Shown piece after piece: positions 63,481-64,000 of a DNA stretch of 64,000 bases; the stretch's first letter is position 1; each line of letters opens with the position of its first letter. This DNA comes from Pocillopora damicornis (lineage: Eukaryota), in contig NW_020846189.1 in the NCBI RefSeq assembly GCF_003704095.1, positions 186,001 to 250,000 on the forward strand, given 5' to 3'. Under the pieces are notes generated by a model. The model was not told where the DNA came from. It did not search any database and was given only the letters and a program-made list of their open reading frames with translations. Position numbers and translations under genes: made by a program.

Positions 63481-64000
63481 AATTTAGTATAGTGTGCCAT
63501 GTAATATCCCTTTAAGTGTCCTGGAATGTATGGCTAACTGTGCCATTCAACAAAATGAGTGAATGATATCACAAAGGGTAAATGAGCTAACACCTCAATT
63601 TGGAGAAAACACAACGAAAAAAACACAAGGCAATGTTTCTGTATCTTTATTGAGTGTTTTTTTTTTCTTTACAAATAGATAGGATCCCAGTTCCAAATGT
63701 TAAACTATGTAATGTTTACTGAGTTTTAAGCCAGGCAGCAATGATTTTTTAATGAATCAAGCCAGGTGGTCTGCCTGGTGCAAAATACCTGGGGAGAACA
63801 CTGACTCAGTAGGAAATCAGACTACTGTCACAAAAGGGTGACAGGCACTTTAAATTTATTTAGTTTGAGTTAAGTTTTTTTAAGGCTTTATGGTGAAAGC
63901 TCAGTTTACAATTTACAACCAGAGAATAATTTTTCATGTGAATAGTCATTCTATATAATGATAACTAAGGTTGTTGTTGTTGTTGTTGTTTTTTTTATAC

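Overview
Eukaryotic, AT-rich, intron-containing animal DNA. The repeat families and gene set look like a stony coral or other anthozoan cnidarian (inference). Reading splice sites by hand gives six genes. (1) RPS26, minus strand, 4 exons. (2) Prohibitin PHB1, plus strand, 8 exons, head-to-head with RPS26 with only 131 bp between start codons. (3) An unrecognised, probably secreted ~418-429 aa precursor-like protein, plus strand, 17502-19447, with polybasic sites and internal repeats. (4, 5) Two paralogous class A GPCRs in divergent orientation (minus 24556-20370, plus 38191-40877). They share a post-TM6 intron and prostanoid-receptor-like features, lack the TM7 Arg/Lys, and both carry Arg3.36. 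(6) The first seven coding exons of a DPP IV-family (S9B) type II membrane peptidase, plus strand from 50190, running off the window. The remainder is intron and intergenic DNA with MITEs, a probable solo LTR, tRNA-derived SINE-like remnants, tandem repeats and one 24-N gap. The most interesting hypothesis is a local signalling neighbourhood: orphan secreted precursor, orphan GPCR pair and a DPP carrying an intracellular sorting signal. All gene models were read by eye, without transcript or database support.
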